In this document: one piece after another, positions 10,444 through 19,127 of the stretch
Position numbering within the stretch: the stretch's first letter is position 1
Layout of the letters: each line of letters begins with the position of its first letter
Assembly (NCBI GenBank): GCA_965237905.1
Contig: OZ250172.1
Location: 2,560,001-2,624,000 of the forward strand
DNA: 64,000 nt
Origin: Nitrospinaceae bacterium
Lineage (GTDB): Bacteria; Nitrospinota; Nitrospinia; Nitrospinales; Nitrospinaceae
Direction of reading: 5' to 3'
Position numbers and translations under genes: made by a program
The notes under the pieces: generated by a model
What the model was told of the DNA's origin: nothing
The model's database searches: none
The model's input: only the letters and a program-made list of their open reading frames with translations

Positions 10444-10767
10444 ATGTCTGCCATTGAAGATGAAATCAAAAGTGAAATTGCCGAACATAAAATTATAATT
10501 TATGGGAAAGGCACCAAATCCGCACCGCAATGCGGTTTCACGGTGGAGACCATACAGTTTTTCAACAAGTACGGATATCCCTTCGAAGTGGTCAATTGCC
10601 TCGAAAATATGCAGAAGCGGGAAGCCCTCAGCCAAATGACCAACTGGCCTACGCTTCCGAAAGTATTCATCAACGGGGATTTTTACGGCGATACCGATAT
10701 CCTCGATGAAATGGAAACCAAGGGGGAAGTCGAACCCTTGCTGAAAAAAGCTTTCGGCGACGCGTAA
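10444..10767 (+). CDS. grxD: Monothiol glutaredoxin (Grx4/GrxD-like)
   Basis: KGT..PQCGFT and WPTLPKVFINGDF.G motifs; adjacent to bolA. Confidence 0.85.
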   Translation: MSAIEDEIKSEIAEHKIIIYGKGTKSAPQCGFTVETIQFFNKYGYPFEVVNCLENMQKREALSQMTNWPTLPKVFINGDFYGDTDILDEMETKGEVEPLLKKAFGDA

Positions 10768-10805
10768 GGTACTGCTCCTTTTTAACCTCTTGCAAAGAAG
10801 GTTTT

Positions 10806-11333
10806 ATGGCTGACAAACTGGAAGTGGGGGACCGTGCGCCCAATTTCGAGCTACCCGCGGTGTATGGTTACAAGGCCGGGGCCACCAGCCCCTCCGCTGA
10901 AGAAGGGGTGACCGTCAAACTCAAAGAATTAGAAGGTAAAAATTGGGTTGTCCTCGCCTTTTATGTGTTTGACGCCAGCCCGGAAGATACCCGGTCGATG
11001 GTCTGTTTCAACGAGTGGAACCGCAAGTTTCGCACCAAGGAAGTCGAGCTGTTTGGAATCAGTTGGAACGGCGTACAATCCCACCGCCAGTTCATCGAAA
11101 TTTACCAACTCGGATTTACCCTGCTGGCCGACGAGCATAAAAAAGTCAGTGAACTGTATGGGTTAAATGAGGAGGTGGAAGATTTGGGGCAGATGGTCAA
11201 GCGCATTCACCGGACCACGTTTGTGATCGACAAAACCGGAATGATCCGCGCGATATGGGACAACATCGAAGACCTGCGCGAACATCCCCGGGAAGTCTGG
11301 GAATTCATCCAGAAAGAAAAGGCTGGCAAGTAA
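10806..11333 (+). CDS. Peroxiredoxin BCP/AhpC-TSA-fold protein with atypical active site
   Basis: APNFEL, VVLAFY, FTLLAD and RTTFVID motifs. Confidence 0.8.
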   Translation: MADKLEVGDRAPNFELPAVYGYKAGATSPSAEEGVTVKLKELEGKNWVVLAFYVFDASPEDTRSMVCFNEWNRKFRTKEVELFGISWNGVQSHRQFIEIYQLGFTLLADEHKKVSELYGLNEEVEDLGQMVKRIHRTTFVIDKTGMIRAIWDNIEDLREHPREVWEFIQKEKAGK

Positions 11334-11351
11334 CCGGACCCGGTTTGTGAG

Positions 11352-12170
11352 TTATCCCGCCTGGCAAGTATTCTCACTTTCCCCTTGCCGAGTTTGATGG
11401 CTCTCGTAATTTTTGCAGATAATATCGCGAAGGGCGCGGAGCACGTTTTCTTCCTTGTCGTCCATAACCGCCTGGCTGGATATGGGCGGTGAGATGATGA
11501 TTTGAATCCGTCCGGGTCTGATAATCCCACTGCCTTTTTTAATGATGCTCCCCGTTCCCAATAGGGTGACCGGTACCAGTGGCGCGCCGGACCGAACCGA
11601 AAGCAAGAGACTGCCTTTTTTAAACGGGCCGATTGTGCCATCCTCTGACCGCGTTCCTTCCGGAAAAATCACGATGGAATTTCCCGCCTTTAATTTTTCA
11701 ATCGTTGCCAGAAAAGCCTGATAGGATTTTTTGCGGTTGCTCCGGTCCACGGGGATGTAACCCGATGCCGCTATCGACCACCCCACGAAAGGAATTTTAA
11801 ACAAACTGGATTTGGCCATCCATCGAATCTGCACCGGCAAAAACCCGGAGAGGGCGAAGATGTCGAAAAAGCCCTGGTGGTTGGCGATAAAAATCTGAGC
11901 CTGATCCTGTCTGATATGTTCCAGGCCTTCAACATCCACCTTGATTCCGTTGAAGACGCACAGCCAGCGTCCCCATAAGCTGGAAACTTTGTGCGAGAGA
12001 TTGTTCGAGGAATCAAACAACCGTGCCAGAACCGCCAGCGTTCCCAATACAATCGAAAGAAGGATGATGACGATCCAAAACTTGGTGGTATGATAGGCCG
12101 CTTTGATCATTTTATGTCGGGGAAACAGAGTTGTCCGATATGTGACAGGGTTCGTCTTGTCGAGTGCCAT
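11352..12170 (-). CDS. plsC: 1-acyl-sn-glycerol-3-phosphate acyltransferase
   Basis: NHQGFFD and FPEGTRS motifs. Confidence 0.9.
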   Translation of the reverse strand: MALDKTNPVTYRTTLFPRHKMIKAAYHTTKFWIVIILLSIVLGTLAVLARLFDSSNNLSHKVSSLWGRWLCVFNGIKVDVEGLEHIRQDQAQIFIANHQGFFDIFALSGFLPVQIRWMAKSSLFKIPFVGWSIAASGYIPVDRSNRKKSYQAFLATIEKLKAGNSIVIFPEGTRSEDGTIGPFKKGSLLLSVRSGAPLVPVTLLGTGSIIKKGSGIIRPGRIQIIISPPISSQAVMDDKEENVLRALRDIICKNYESHQTRQGESENTCQAG

Positions 12171-12414
12171 CCCCTTGCAGGAAGGGTTGGTCTGGGGTCC
12201 GGCGGGTCATCATACTGTCGGTACTATTGCGGAAATGAATCTGGATCCCCCAAGTCCTGAAAACCATTCGAACGGAGTTTAACATAAATCATCTGGCAAA
12301 TGTCGCCACCTGAGCCGATACAATCAAGAGAAACGACTCCAAGCCGGATGTTTTACATTTGGCGGGAATGCTCAACCGGTTATTGAAAAACTAAATCAAC
12401 TTGGAAAGGGAATC

Positions 12415-13131
12415 ATGACGGAAGCCAGTCCTCTTTATTTCAAACAACTGTTGTGCGGGGTGGACGTGGGCCAGACCGATGCCTCGGCCCGCTCCATGGC
12501 CAATTTTATTTACCTGATCGGCGACCGGGAAACGCGGGAGTGCGTGGTGGTGGACCCCGCCTGGGATGTCGAAGGCCTCCTGAAAATCATCGAGGCGGAA
12601 GGGATGAAGCTCACCGGGGTACTGGTGACGCACTATCATCCGGATCATGTCGGCGGACAAATCTTCGGCATGGACATCCTGGGCCTGCCGCAATTGATGG
12701 AAACCCATCCGGTTCCCATTTATGTGAATAAACACGAGGCGGATGGCTTGCGCCAGGTCACAGGCGTTTCGCTTTCGGATATGAAACAGGTGGATAGTGA
12801 AGAGCGGATGAAAGTGGGTTCCGTCGATATTTCGTTTTTGCACACGCCCGGCCACACGCCGGGTTCCCAATGTTTCCGGGTCGAGGATTATCTGGTGGCG
12901 GGCGATACGCTGTTTCTGCAGGGATGCGGGCGGGTGGACTTGCCGGGGGGCAATAGCGAGGAAATGTACCATACCTTGACCCGTCGCCTGGCTAAAATTC
13001 AAGATGAAATTATTCTGTACCCCGGCCACAACTACGGCGGTAACGGCTCGGCTCCCCTGGGTGAAGTCCGCGAATCCAATTCCTATCTGCAGATCAACAG
13101 TCTGGCAGAATGGCGCATGATGATGGGGTGA
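12415..13131 (+). CDS. MBL-fold hydrolase (glyoxalase II-like)
   Basis: THYHPDH, TPGHTPG, GDTLF..GCGR and PGH motifs. Confidence 0.9.
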   Translation: MTEASPLYFKQLLCGVDVGQTDASARSMANFIYLIGDRETRECVVVDPAWDVEGLLKIIEAEGMKLTGVLVTHYHPDHVGGQIFGMDILGLPQLMETHPVPIYVNKHEADGLRQVTGVSLSDMKQVDSEERMKVGSVDISFLHTPGHTPGSQCFRVEDYLVAGDTLFLQGCGRVDLPGGNSEEMYHTLTRRLAKIQDEIILYPGHNYGGNGSAPLGEVRESNSYLQINSLAEWRMMMG

Positions 13132-13324
13132 AACGCTCGCTTATAAGGCCGTTCCGAGGTTTGTTAGAAATTGGTTTGATGGATTGATTTGACCCCTGCA
13201 TCATGTTAAAAGACATCCATAAACTCTTCCTGACACTTGGTGGGAAGGTGACGGGATGTTGGAATGACCTGAAGTCAAACCCTTATCAAGGTTATTATCC
13301 CTTAATACATTTGAAGGAAAAACT

Positions 13325-13996
13325 ATGAGATCCATTTTTTCAATGTTCGCTAAGTCGCCGTTTAAACCTTTGGCGAGCCATATGGACAAGGTGCAGGCCT
13401 GTGTGGACCAGATCAAGCCGTTATTTGCCGCCCAACTTGCAGGGGATTACGACCAGGTTCAGAAAATTTCAGAAAAAATTATCCAGTTGGAATACGAGGC
13501 GGACAAGATCAAGAATGATATTCGTGATCATTTACCGCAAAGTATGTTTCTGGCTGTCGACAAACGCGATTTCACTCAATTGCTATCGGCGCAAGATGAT
13601 ATTGCCGACTCCACCGAAGACCTGGCGGTCATTCTCCGCATCCGTCATTTGGCGAATCCTCCGGAACTCAAGGACCCCTTGAACGAACTGGTCGATCATA
13701 TAGTGATGAGCGCTTACAGTGCTTGCGACTTGATCCGTGAGCTTGAAAATCTTTTGGAAGCTTCCTTTGGAGGGGCTGAGGCCGAAAAGGTGGAAAAGGC
13801 CTGTCATCAATTGGCGACTTACGAATGGGAGGCGGATAAAAAACAGTTTATCCTCGCCCAAAAATTGTTTGCGCTGGATGAGTCCCTGTCCGCTGCCGAC
13901 TTGTTGCTTTGGAATGAAGTGAGTAAAAAATTGGGTGCTGTGGCTGACAAGTCGGAACAAATTGGGAAAACCTTGAGAATTTTTCTTGCCAAATAA
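13325..13996 (+). CDS. DUF47/TIGR00153 phosphate transport regulator
   Basis: KSPF.PL..H and E.EAD motifs; directly upstream of a PiT gene. Confidence 0.85.
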   Translation: MRSIFSMFAKSPFKPLASHMDKVQACVDQIKPLFAAQLAGDYDQVQKISEKIIQLEYEADKIKNDIRDHLPQSMFLAVDKRDFTQLLSAQDDIADSTEDLAVILRIRHLANPPELKDPLNELVDHIVMSAYSACDLIRELENLLEASFGGAEAEKVEKACHQLATYEWEADKKQFILAQKLFALDESLSAADLLLWNEVSKKLGAVADKSEQIGKTLRIFLAK

Positions 13997-14033
13997 ATAA
14001 CCCCGTCTTTCTGAATTTTTCCTGGAGCTTCTT

Positions 14034-15284
14034 TTGGATTTAGAGACCATCCTTCTCTGGTTTGGTATCCTCGCCTGTGTCTACATGGCCTGTAACATTG
14101 GTGCCAATGATGTAGCTAATGCCATGGGCACCAGCGTCGGCGCCAAAAGCCTCACCTTTCGACAGGCCGTTCTTGTTGCCGCGGTGGCCGAATTTGCCGG
14201 AGCGGTATTCGTTGGTGGCCATGTTTCTGATACCGTGCGCAAGGGCATGATCGACCCCAATCTGTTTGGCGATATGCCGATGCATCTGGTTTACGGAATG
14301 ATTTCGGCATTGGTCGCGGCTTCAATCTGGTTGCATATAGCCAGTTCCCTGGGTTGGCCGGTTTCCACGACCCATTCCATTGTCGGTGCCGTGGTCGGGT
14401 TCGGCTTTATCGCAGGAGGAGCTGAAGCCGTCAACTGGGGCAAGGTGGGGTCCGTTGTCATGAGTTGGATTGTGTCCCCGTTGATGGGCGGATTGGTAGC
14501 CTATGGGGTATTCCGGTTGATCACGGTGCATATTTTTGATAAACGCGACCCGGTGGCCCAGTCGAAAAAGCTGGTGCCCTATATGGTATTCGTGGTGTTT
14601 GTGATCCTCGCTATTTCCATGGTGTACAAGGGACTCAAAAACCTGAAACTGAATCTGGATTTCCAGAATGCTATGATCATCTCGCTGATTGTCGGGGCCA
14701 TTGCGTTTGTTATTGCCAAAATCCTGGTGCAGAAAGTTAAAGCAGTTCCTCCCTCCGATTTGACCCAGCAGTTTCTTTCCACCGAGCATATATTCAAGTT
14801 TCTTCAGGTGATCACAGCCTTTTACGTGGCTTTCGCTCATGGTGCCAATGATGTGGCCAATGCGGTGGGCCCGCTGGCCGCAGTGGTTTCCATTTTGAAT
14901 ACGGGAAGTGTTGAAATGAAAGTGCAAATGCCGCTTTGGATACTGACCATGGGGGCTACCTGTATCGTGATCGGGCTGTTGATTTGGGGAATGCGCGTCA
15001 TGGAAACGGTGGGTAAGAAGATCACCGAAATCACCCCATCCCGTGGTTTCTCGGCAGAGTTCGCCGCCGCCACGGTAGTTTTGGCATGTTCTAAAATGGG
15101 CCTGCCGATCTCCACGACTCATACCCTGGTTGGCTCGGTGATTGGGGTGGGAATGGCCCGCGGGTTGGCCAGTTTGAATGTCGGTATCATTAAAAAGATC
15201 GTCATTTCCTGGTTTGCCACCGTTCCCTTCACCGCCGTTCTGGCCATGTTGTTTTATAAAGCATTCACTCTTTTTCTTCCCTGA
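14034..15284 (+). CDS. pit: PiT-family inorganic phosphate transporter
   Basis: Two GANDVANA and two STTH motifs. Confidence 0.95.
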   Translation: MDLETILLWFGILACVYMACNIGANDVANAMGTSVGAKSLTFRQAVLVAAVAEFAGAVFVGGHVSDTVRKGMIDPNLFGDMPMHLVYGMISALVAASIWLHIASSLGWPVSTTHSIVGAVVGFGFIAGGAEAVNWGKVGSVVMSWIVSPLMGGLVAYGVFRLITVHIFDKRDPVAQSKKLVPYMVFVVFVILAISMVYKGLKNLKLNLDFQNAMIISLIVGAIAFVIAKILVQKVKAVPPSDLTQQFLSTEHIFKFLQVITAFYVAFAHGANDVANAVGPLAAVVSILNTGSVEMKVQMPLWILTMGATCIVIGLLIWGMRVMETVGKKITEITPSRGFSAEFAAATVVLACSKMGLPISTTHTLVGSVIGVGMARGLASLNVGIIKKIVISWFATVPFTAVLAMLFYKAFTLFLP

Positions 15285-15450
15285 ACACCCTTCCCCGGAA
15301 TAAAATTCTCATTTTGGTTGGATGAACCCCTGCCGTCGTCCTGTTCGTGGACAGTGGTATAATGCCGTTGCAGTTCGAACCTTGAAATTCGTGAAGCCTC
15401 CGGGTGGAATAATCCGGAGTATTTTTCCATCTTATACGATAGAGAATGCG

Positions 15451-16248
15451 ATGAAAGCAGCGGGACAGCTCCGTAAAATGACCCATGAAGATGCGGACCC
15501 TATCGAATATTTCCTGAACCTGGATGAAAAACCGGTGCCGGTTAATTCGGCGGTCGGTCGGGACGTGTCTTTAAAATTCTTAAATAAGATCACCTGTATT
15601 GAGTGCGGTCGATCGATCAAAAAAACCTACGATCAGGGATATTGTTTTCCGTGCGCCCGTGACCTTCCGGAAAACGCCATGTGCGCGGTCCGGCCGGAAA
15701 AGTGTGAACATGAATTTGGCAACGAACAGGATCGGGAGTTTTTCAAGAAGTATTGCAAAGTCGATCATCTGGTTTACCTGTCGTTGACGTCCGGGGTCAA
15801 AGTGGGTGTGACTCGGAATTGGAATATTCCTTCACGCTGGATTGACCAGGGAGCGGTGCAGGGTTTGGTGATTGCCCGCACCCCGGAGCGAAAATTATCC
15901 GGCTTGATCGAAGTGGCTTTGGCTGAGCATATGGCGGACAAAACCAACTGGCGAAAAATGCTCAAGGGAGAAGTGGAATCGGTAGATTTGCAGGAACATC
16001 GACAAAAGGTCGGAGAGTGGTTTCCAAAAGACCTGAAGCAGTATTTTTTGGAAGATGAAGACGTGCAGGAACTGCATTACCCGATAGAGGCCGTTCCTCC
16101 GAAAATAGTCAGCCATAATCTGGACAAGGAGCCTCAGTTCCGTGACCGGTTGACCGGTATCAAAGGGCAGTATTTGATTTTTGAACGCCGGGTGATCAAT
16201 CTTAGAAAGTATGCCGGGTACCATGTGGAGTTTGAAACATTTGATTAA
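15451..16248 (+). CDS. DUF2797-family protein
   Basis: C..CGR...K...QGYCFPC, KVGVTR and RWIDQGA motifs; start moved to 15451. Confidence 0.85.
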   Translation: MKAAGQLRKMTHEDADPIEYFLNLDEKPVPVNSAVGRDVSLKFLNKITCIECGRSIKKTYDQGYCFPCARDLPENAMCAVRPEKCEHEFGNEQDREFFKKYCKVDHLVYLSLTSGVKVGVTRNWNIPSRWIDQGAVQGLVIARTPERKLSGLIEVALAEHMADKTNWRKMLKGEVESVDLQEHRQKVGEWFPKDLKQYFLEDEDVQELHYPIEAVPPKIVSHNLDKEPQFRDRLTGIKGQYLIFERRVINLRKYAGYHVEFETFD

Positions 16249-16305
16249 AATTAGTTTGGGGTGGAGGGGGTCCAGTGGAATTACGTATTGACCTACAGAA
16301 AGAGA

Positions 16306-16349
16306 AAAAGCCAGGAGGATTGACTGATGACAATCTTCCTGGCTTTTTT
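16306..16349. terminator. Bidirectional terminator between convergent genes
   Basis: aaaagccaggaggattg...caatcttcctggcttttt. Confidence 0.75.
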
Positions 16350-17235
16350 ATGCGGCTTTTTTGATGACCTTGCCGGTAAAATATTGGCCGGAACCATCGG
16401 GTTCTATAGTGGCCACTTGGAGATCGGTCGCCAACCCCAGTGCCTTGAGTCCGCAAATGACCATCCAGGTGGTGTCTATTTCCCAGGGCCGCAATCCATG
16501 GCGTGCCGATTTCGGAAGGGCGTGATGATTGTTGTGCCAGCCTTCGCCCCAGGCGATAATACCGACCCACCAGCAATTGGTCGACAGATCGCCGGTTTTA
16601 AAGTTTTGATATCCCCATTTGTGGGCGGCGCTGTTGACCGACATGGTCTGCTGGTAAACGACGGCGAGGCGGACGAAAATGCCCCAAACCACCCAGGGAA
16701 TTCCACCCATCAGGTAAAGGACCACTCCGAGCATGGCTTGAACGAGAATCATATTATTGCTCAGGAACTGATAAAATTTATCGTTGGAGAAATCCCTGGT
16801 GTATTCAAGGAGTTTCCGCTTATCATCAAAATCATGGGTCTTGTAAAACGTCCAACCCAGATGAGACCACCAGAATCCCTTGCTGGCATTATAGGGGTCT
16901 TTATCGGTATCGGAGTTGGCATGATGCATTCTGTGTTGACCCACCCAGGTAATGGGAGAAGCCTGCATGGCCAGGGTTCCCATCAGAACGAAAAAGTTGG
17001 CCAGCCATTTGGGCAGTTCAAAACTTCTGTGGGTCAGGTAACGATGAAAACCCAGGCAAATTCCCAGTGACCCGGTCATCCACACCAGGAGTAACATGAC
17101 TCCTACCGCACTCCACGAAAAAGTGTATTCGGGCAGAAAAACTGCTGTCAGGGCAACGAGATGAATGACGACGAAGCCGATAACATTCGAAAAAGCCATC
17201 TGATGTTTTTGTGGTAGTGACTTAATTTGACCCAT
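16348..17235 (-). CDS. Delta-9 acyl-lipid (fatty acid) desaturase
   Basis: His boxes HRYLTH, HRMHH and HNNHH. Confidence 0.92.
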   Translation of the reverse strand: MGQIKSLPQKHQMAFSNVIGFVVIHLVALTAVFLPEYTFSWSAVGVMLLLVWMTGSLGICLGFHRYLTHRSFELPKWLANFFVLMGTLAMQASPITWVGQHRMHHANSDTDKDPYNASKGFWWSHLGWTFYKTHDFDDKRKLLEYTRDFSNDKFYQFLSNNMILVQAMLGVVLYLMGGIPWVVWGIFVRLAVVYQQTMSVNSAAHKWGYQNFKTGDLSTNCWWVGIIAWGEGWHNNHHALPKSARHGLRPWEIDTTWMVICGLKALGLATDLQVATIEPDGSGQYFTGKVIKKAA

Positions 17236-17315
17236 GGGGTACCTTCCTTTTAAATCATTTAATAAATTGATACTCTATATCTGGTATTAGGATACATATA
17301 CTTTGTGTTTCCTCA

Positions 17316-17332
17316 TGTAAAACTTATGTAAC
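17316..17332. promoter_or_regulatory. Candidate OmpR-family regulator box (TGTAAA-N5-TGTAAC)
   Basis: Direct repeat with 11-bp period between the desaturase and the divergent HK/RR genes. Confidence 0.5.
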
Positions 17333-17424
17333 ATTATGAGGGTGAGAAGCCATGTTTAAAGCTTATTTTTCAATGATTTGTGGTGTAAAATGAGTGTCAG
17401 GGAACGCTGTCTGAGGGATAAGCC

Positions 17425-18399
17425 ATGATGAACAAACTCCGAACCATTTTTCACCCGATTTTTGTTTTTATCGGGGTCCAGATTGCCTGGATTATTTTGA
17501 TGGGCATTTGGATCAACTGGTATATCCAAAACCGCCGCGATTTTGCGGAGTTTGCCAAGAGCATCCAACCGGAGCTGTTCGATACCGATTTGAACTGGGT
17601 GATCCTGCTGGAAGGCTGTTTTTTGATGATCGTCATTCTGGCAGGTGTCCTGTTGATTTTTGTGTTCTGGGGCAAACAGGCCCGGTTGAACCGTCTGCAG
17701 AGCAATTTTGTTTCCAGCGTGTCGCACGAACTGAAATCCCCCCTGGCCTCCATCCAACTTTACCTCGAAACTATGAAGCTTCAGGAGGTGTCGCCGGAGG
17801 AAGCTCAGGATTTTGTGGAGACCATGCTGACCGATACTGAACGTCTCTCAAGTTTGATCGATAATATTCTGGAAGCCAGCGGGGCCGATCCCAAGGGTCT
17901 ACAGTTGCATTTTCAGCCTGTGGAGTTGAAGCCTTTTTTGGACGAAGTGTTGGAGGGGCATCAGCGGCGCTTTGCCGAAAAAGGAATACAGGTCCATCTT
18001 GAGGTTCAGGATTACCCGACATTGCAGTTGGACAAGCGGGCTATGAAGATGGTGTTTAATAATCTCATTGGCAATGCGTTACGATATTCCCCCGATGGCA
18101 GTGTCTTCACCATTCGAGTGAAAGAAAACGGAAAGTTTTGTAGTATCGATTTCATCGATGCCGGAATGGGGTTGAGCGACAAGGATTGCAAAAAAGTGTT
18201 CGGGAAATTTTACCGCGTGCAGAATAAAGAGACTCAGAATATCGAAGGAGCCGGCCTGGGCCTGTACCTTACCCGGGAAATTGTAAAAAATCACAAAGGT
18301 AAAATAAAGGCAGCCAGCAAAGGTCGAGGCAAGGGTACGACTTTTACGGTTTCTCTGCCCATGAACGGAGCAGCCCTGGAATCTAAAAATGAAATATAA
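17425..18399 (+). CDS. Sensor histidine kinase (2 TM, HisKA, HATPase)
   Basis: SHELKSPL, NA.RYS, D.G.G and GAGLGL motifs. Confidence 0.93.
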   Translation: MMNKLRTIFHPIFVFIGVQIAWIILMGIWINWYIQNRRDFAEFAKSIQPELFDTDLNWVILLEGCFLMIVILAGVLLIFVFWGKQARLNRLQSNFVSSVSHELKSPLASIQLYLETMKLQEVSPEEAQDFVETMLTDTERLSSLIDNILEASGADPKGLQLHFQPVELKPFLDEVLEGHQRRFAEKGIQVHLEVQDYPTLQLDKRAMKMVFNNLIGNALRYSPDGSVFTIRVKENGKFCSIDFIDAGMGLSDKDCKKVFGKFYRVQNKETQNIEGAGLGLYLTREIVKNHKGKIKAASKGRGKGTTFTVSLPMNGAALESKNEI

Positions 18400-18410
18400 A
18401 CTTCAGAGAT

Positions 18411-19127
18411 ATGATGAGCACAGAAACTAAAATTTTATTGGTGGAAGATGAGAAACATCTCGCCAAGGGACTTTCGTATAATCTGGGAAAAGAAGGGTAT
18501 CAAGTCACCGTGGCGGAAGACGGCTTGGCGGCTCTCGAGCGTTTGGGAGAAGGTGATTTCGACATGATGATCCTGGATCTCATGCTTCCCAAACTGGGAG
18601 GCCTGGAGGTCATCAAAAAAGTACGCGAAACCAATATTCGTTTTCCTATTTTAATGCTGACTGCCAAAACCACCGACGAGGACCGCACCTTCGGTCTCGA
18701 AGCGGGGGCCGACGATTACATTGCCAAGCCGTTCCATCTTCCAGAACTTTTGCTACGGGTTAAAGGCATCCTAAGGCGCAAGGATTGGTATCAGGAGCCC
18801 GTTCGCAAACTGGAATATTATGAATTCGGCAATATGTGGGTGGATTTCAACACGGGCAAAGCCAAGGGGTGTGATGAGGAGTTTTACCTGACGTCTAAGG
18901 AAGTGCGGGTGATGAACCTGCTGATCGTCAACCGGGGCAAAGTGGTCTCGCGCGAGGAATTATTGGAAAAAGTCTGGGGCTACAGCCCCAACACTGAAAC
19001 GCGTACGGTTGACAATTTTATTTCACGCCTCCGGAAATACTTCGAAAAGAAGCCGCAAAGTCCGCGTTATATTGTCACCGTGCGGGAAAAGGGATACCAG
19101 TTCAACGAAGCCTCTGTCAAAAATTAA
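18411..19127 (+). CDS. OmpR-family response regulator
   Basis: Receiver domain (EDE, DLMLP, GADDY.KPF) plus winged helix (TRTVD..I.RLR). Confidence 0.95.
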   Translation: MMSTETKILLVEDEKHLAKGLSYNLGKEGYQVTVAEDGLAALERLGEGDFDMMILDLMLPKLGGLEVIKKVRETNIRFPILMLTAKTTDEDRTFGLEAGADDYIAKPFHLPELLLRVKGILRRKDWYQEPVRKLEYYEFGNMWVDFNTGKAKGCDEEFYLTSKEVRVMNLLIVNRGKVVSREELLEKVWGYSPNTETRTVDNFISRLRKYFEKKPQSPRYIVTVREKGYQFNEASVKN

